From Azolla caroliniana (taxonomy: Eukaryota > Plantae > Polypodiophyta), in contig JBHGNT010001187.1 in the NCBI GenBank assembly GCA_043228905.1, forward strand, positions 1 to 11,134: 11,134 bases of DNA, given 5' to 3'. Below are positions 9,256 through 11,134 of this stretch, in pieces (position 1 is the stretch's first letter; each line of letters begins with the position of its first letter). The position numbers and the translations under genes are program-made. The notes beneath the pieces are model-generated. The model ran no database searches and was not told where the DNA came from. It was given only the letters and a program-made list of their open reading frames with translations.

Positions 9256-9608
9256 TCAGTAATAATCACATTATTAGATGTCATGCCCAAATATTTTTTA
9301 TTTGATGAACAGAAGATTTTGAAAGGCATTCATCTACAAATGATTCAATGTGGACAAATCTTGGACTACTGTAATATTATATACACAAGTAGAGAGCAAC
9401 CAAAGATAGATATTGACTTCAGTAATAATCACATCATTAGATATCATGCCCATTTTTTATTAGAATAACAGAAGATATTGAAAGGTATTCATCTATGCAT
9501 GATTCCATTTGGACAAATAATGGAGTAATTTAATATTATAAATATAAGTAAAGAGCAACCAAAAGATAAATATTAACACCAGTATAATAGCAGAATGCCC
9601 ATTTTTTC
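9256..9608. repeat. Imperfect tandem duplication, ~160-163-bp unit, about 2.2 copies
   Basis: Copies start at 9256, 9419 and 9579 (tcagtaataatcacat...atgccc...aacagaagat.ttgaaagg.attcatcta...tggacaaat...agagcaaccaaa). Confidence 0.9.
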
Positions 9609-9943
9609 AAATGCTAGACATTTTCGATCATCTCCTTTAGTCAAAGGATGACTTGGTAACAAATGTGTGCAATTTGCTGCTATGAAAGTTCATGAAGCAT
9701 TTGATGGCAATACTACAATGAAGTATAAGGGCAATCAAGCAACCCTTAACATGTTCGAAATGTAAATGAAAAACATGTAGATTTAGCTAAGACATCAACA
9801 GACAAACAGCTCCCAACACAAACCATATTTGTAAAATAAGTAGGCTTTATTTGCAAAAAGAGACTTATGATAATCCAATCCTTGACTGTGATACTTCTTC
9901 AGCTTCAGAAGCTGGACAAAGTATCTACAGGTTGGAATTGACT

Positions 9944-9957
9944 TCACTCGTCTTTAG
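9944..9957 (-). CDS. Candidate terminal mini-exon of the WAV2-like gene (adds A-K-D-E-stop)
   Basis: Strong minus-strand acceptor 'gactttcttctacatttcag|' ending at 9958 is followed by CT AAA GAC GAG TGA. It is compatible with phase-1 donors GAAG|gttctg (exon end 10477) or GATG|gtgaag (exon end 10486). A minus-strand AATAAA lies at 9846-9851. Confidence 0.5.
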
Positions 9958-10453
9958 CTGAAATGTAGAAGAAAGTCATATGAAGAACCTAAACATTACA
10001 AATCGAATCATTTTGATCCTGGTTCTTGAATATAGACTGGGGGCTTGGAACATAAAATAATCTTTATCCATAAATACATAATTGATACATCATTAATCCT
10101 TTGTGAGCTAAGAACTTCATATAGGAAAGAGATGTAGAAACTTTGTACTCTCACGGCCATTTGGAGATCCAGCATAACACGAAGCTCCATACATCCATGC
10201 TTAATTGCAAAGAACAGATTGTCATTAAAAATCTAGACTATGTGATATTTCATATCTATTCTCCACTCTTACGGGTTGAGGAAAAAGAGTAGGAAAATGC
10301 CATTGCTATTCAACTCAGCTGACCTTTGTCGATGTGATTGTTATTCTCAGCAATAAGTTTGACACATTACATATTGATGATATGTCAAGAATATATATCA
10401 TAACGTTTCTCTGGTAGCTAGCTTGTATAGGGCACAAGTATGAAACTATTCTT

Positions 10454-10967
10454 TTATTGAGCATCTACCACAGAACCTTCTTCACCATCCACTCTTGGGC
10501 TTCCAACATACTTCTCCAAAAATAGCTGGATTGTCCTCCAGTATCGATCTCCACCAGACAACCATGTGTCCATGTGCATTCCAGTTGGGAACTCCACAAA
10601 TAAACTTCTTGGGTTTGAAGATGACACATCGTATAGCCGCTTCATGTGTATGGGGGGAACCATCTCATCTTGGCTCCCCGATAAAAACAATATGGGTTCA
10701 GAAATCTGCAGAATTATATACGTTTCATGCATGAATACACGATGAATTCGTCACTAGCAAGGAATGAACAGATACGTGGTCGGAATTCCAAAGAAAACAT
10801 ACATCCTTAATAACGTCAATTGTATTCCAAGGCGAGCGCACAAGGAAGTTTAGAACTCGAAGACCCTGGCCACCAGTCCCCCCAATAAACCACTTCAAAA
10901 TAGGTAGCACAACTCCTGCCATATCCAATATTGAAGTGAATGTATTCTCCAGGATCAATGCTGCAAC
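10454..10967 (-). CDS. WAV2: Alpha/beta-hydrolase, WAV2/BEM46/ABHD13 family; 5'-partial; exons complement(10803..10967) and complement(10454..10705)
   Basis: Exon 10967-10803 (acceptor gcatag, donor GAT|gtatgt) encodes VAALILENTFTSILDMAGVVLPILKWFIGGTGGQGLRVLNFLVRSPWNTIDVIKD. Exon 10705-10454 (acceptor ctgcag) encodes ISEPILFLSGSQDEMVPPIHMKRLY...FVEFPTGMHMDTWLSGGDRYWRTIQLFLEKY...DAQ*. This is very close to Arabidopsis WAV2 as I recall it. The catalytic Asp (QDEMVP) and His (GMHMDTW) are present; the nucleophile Ser exon lies beyond the window. Confidence 0.92.
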
Positions 10968-11023
10968 CTATGCATCATTTCATTGAGATCAAACACACTC
11001 ACACCCATTCTCTCTTTTCCTCA

Positions 11024-11042
11024 CTCTCTCTCTCTCTCTCTC
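11024..11042. repeat. (CT)n microsatellite in a WAV2 intron
   Basis: Directly visible CT run. Confidence 0.85.
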
Positions 11043-11134
11043 AAAGACAAGACAACACTTAAGATGTAATCTCTTGTTTGGTCTTATAGGCCATTTTGGC
11101 CTCTTAAAAGACGTTAATATATCTTTCTTTCTTC

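Noticed and set aside
9256-9608. The tandem repeat as a snoRNA cluster or CRISPR-like array
   Set aside because: The TGATGA in copy 1 is not kept in copy 2 and has no paired CTGA. The whole unit repeats without unique spacers, and the context is eukaryotic.
1-11134. PPR + Rab-GAP + WAV2 as one functional gene cluster
   Set aside because: Unrelated pathways and mixed orientations; nothing in the sequence supports a shared system beyond ordinary gene neighbourhood.

Overview
Eukaryotic, intron-containing land-plant nuclear DNA. The PPR style suggests a fern or other seed-free plant, but that is inference only. Three protein-coding genes can be read directly. (1) The 5' part of a PLS-class pentatricopeptide-repeat (PPR) gene on the minus strand (ATG 1119, open past base 1). 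It is missing from the ORF track, probably because no stop codon lies inside the window. (2) A complete five-exon TBC1D5-like Rab-GAP gene on the plus strand (4949..8582, 805 aa by my splicing). (3) The last exons of a WAV2/BEM46/ABHD13-type alpha/beta-hydrolase on the minus strand, converging on the TBC gene. The intergenic DNA holds microsatellites, promoter-like motifs, a ~160-bp tandem duplication and possibly eroded transposon relics. I see no convincing new multi-gene system. The best leads are an in-frame, presequence-like 22-codon ORF separated from the PPR array by a single TAA, a PPR code predicting an almost all-A target, and a probable alternative 3' mini-exon of WAV2.
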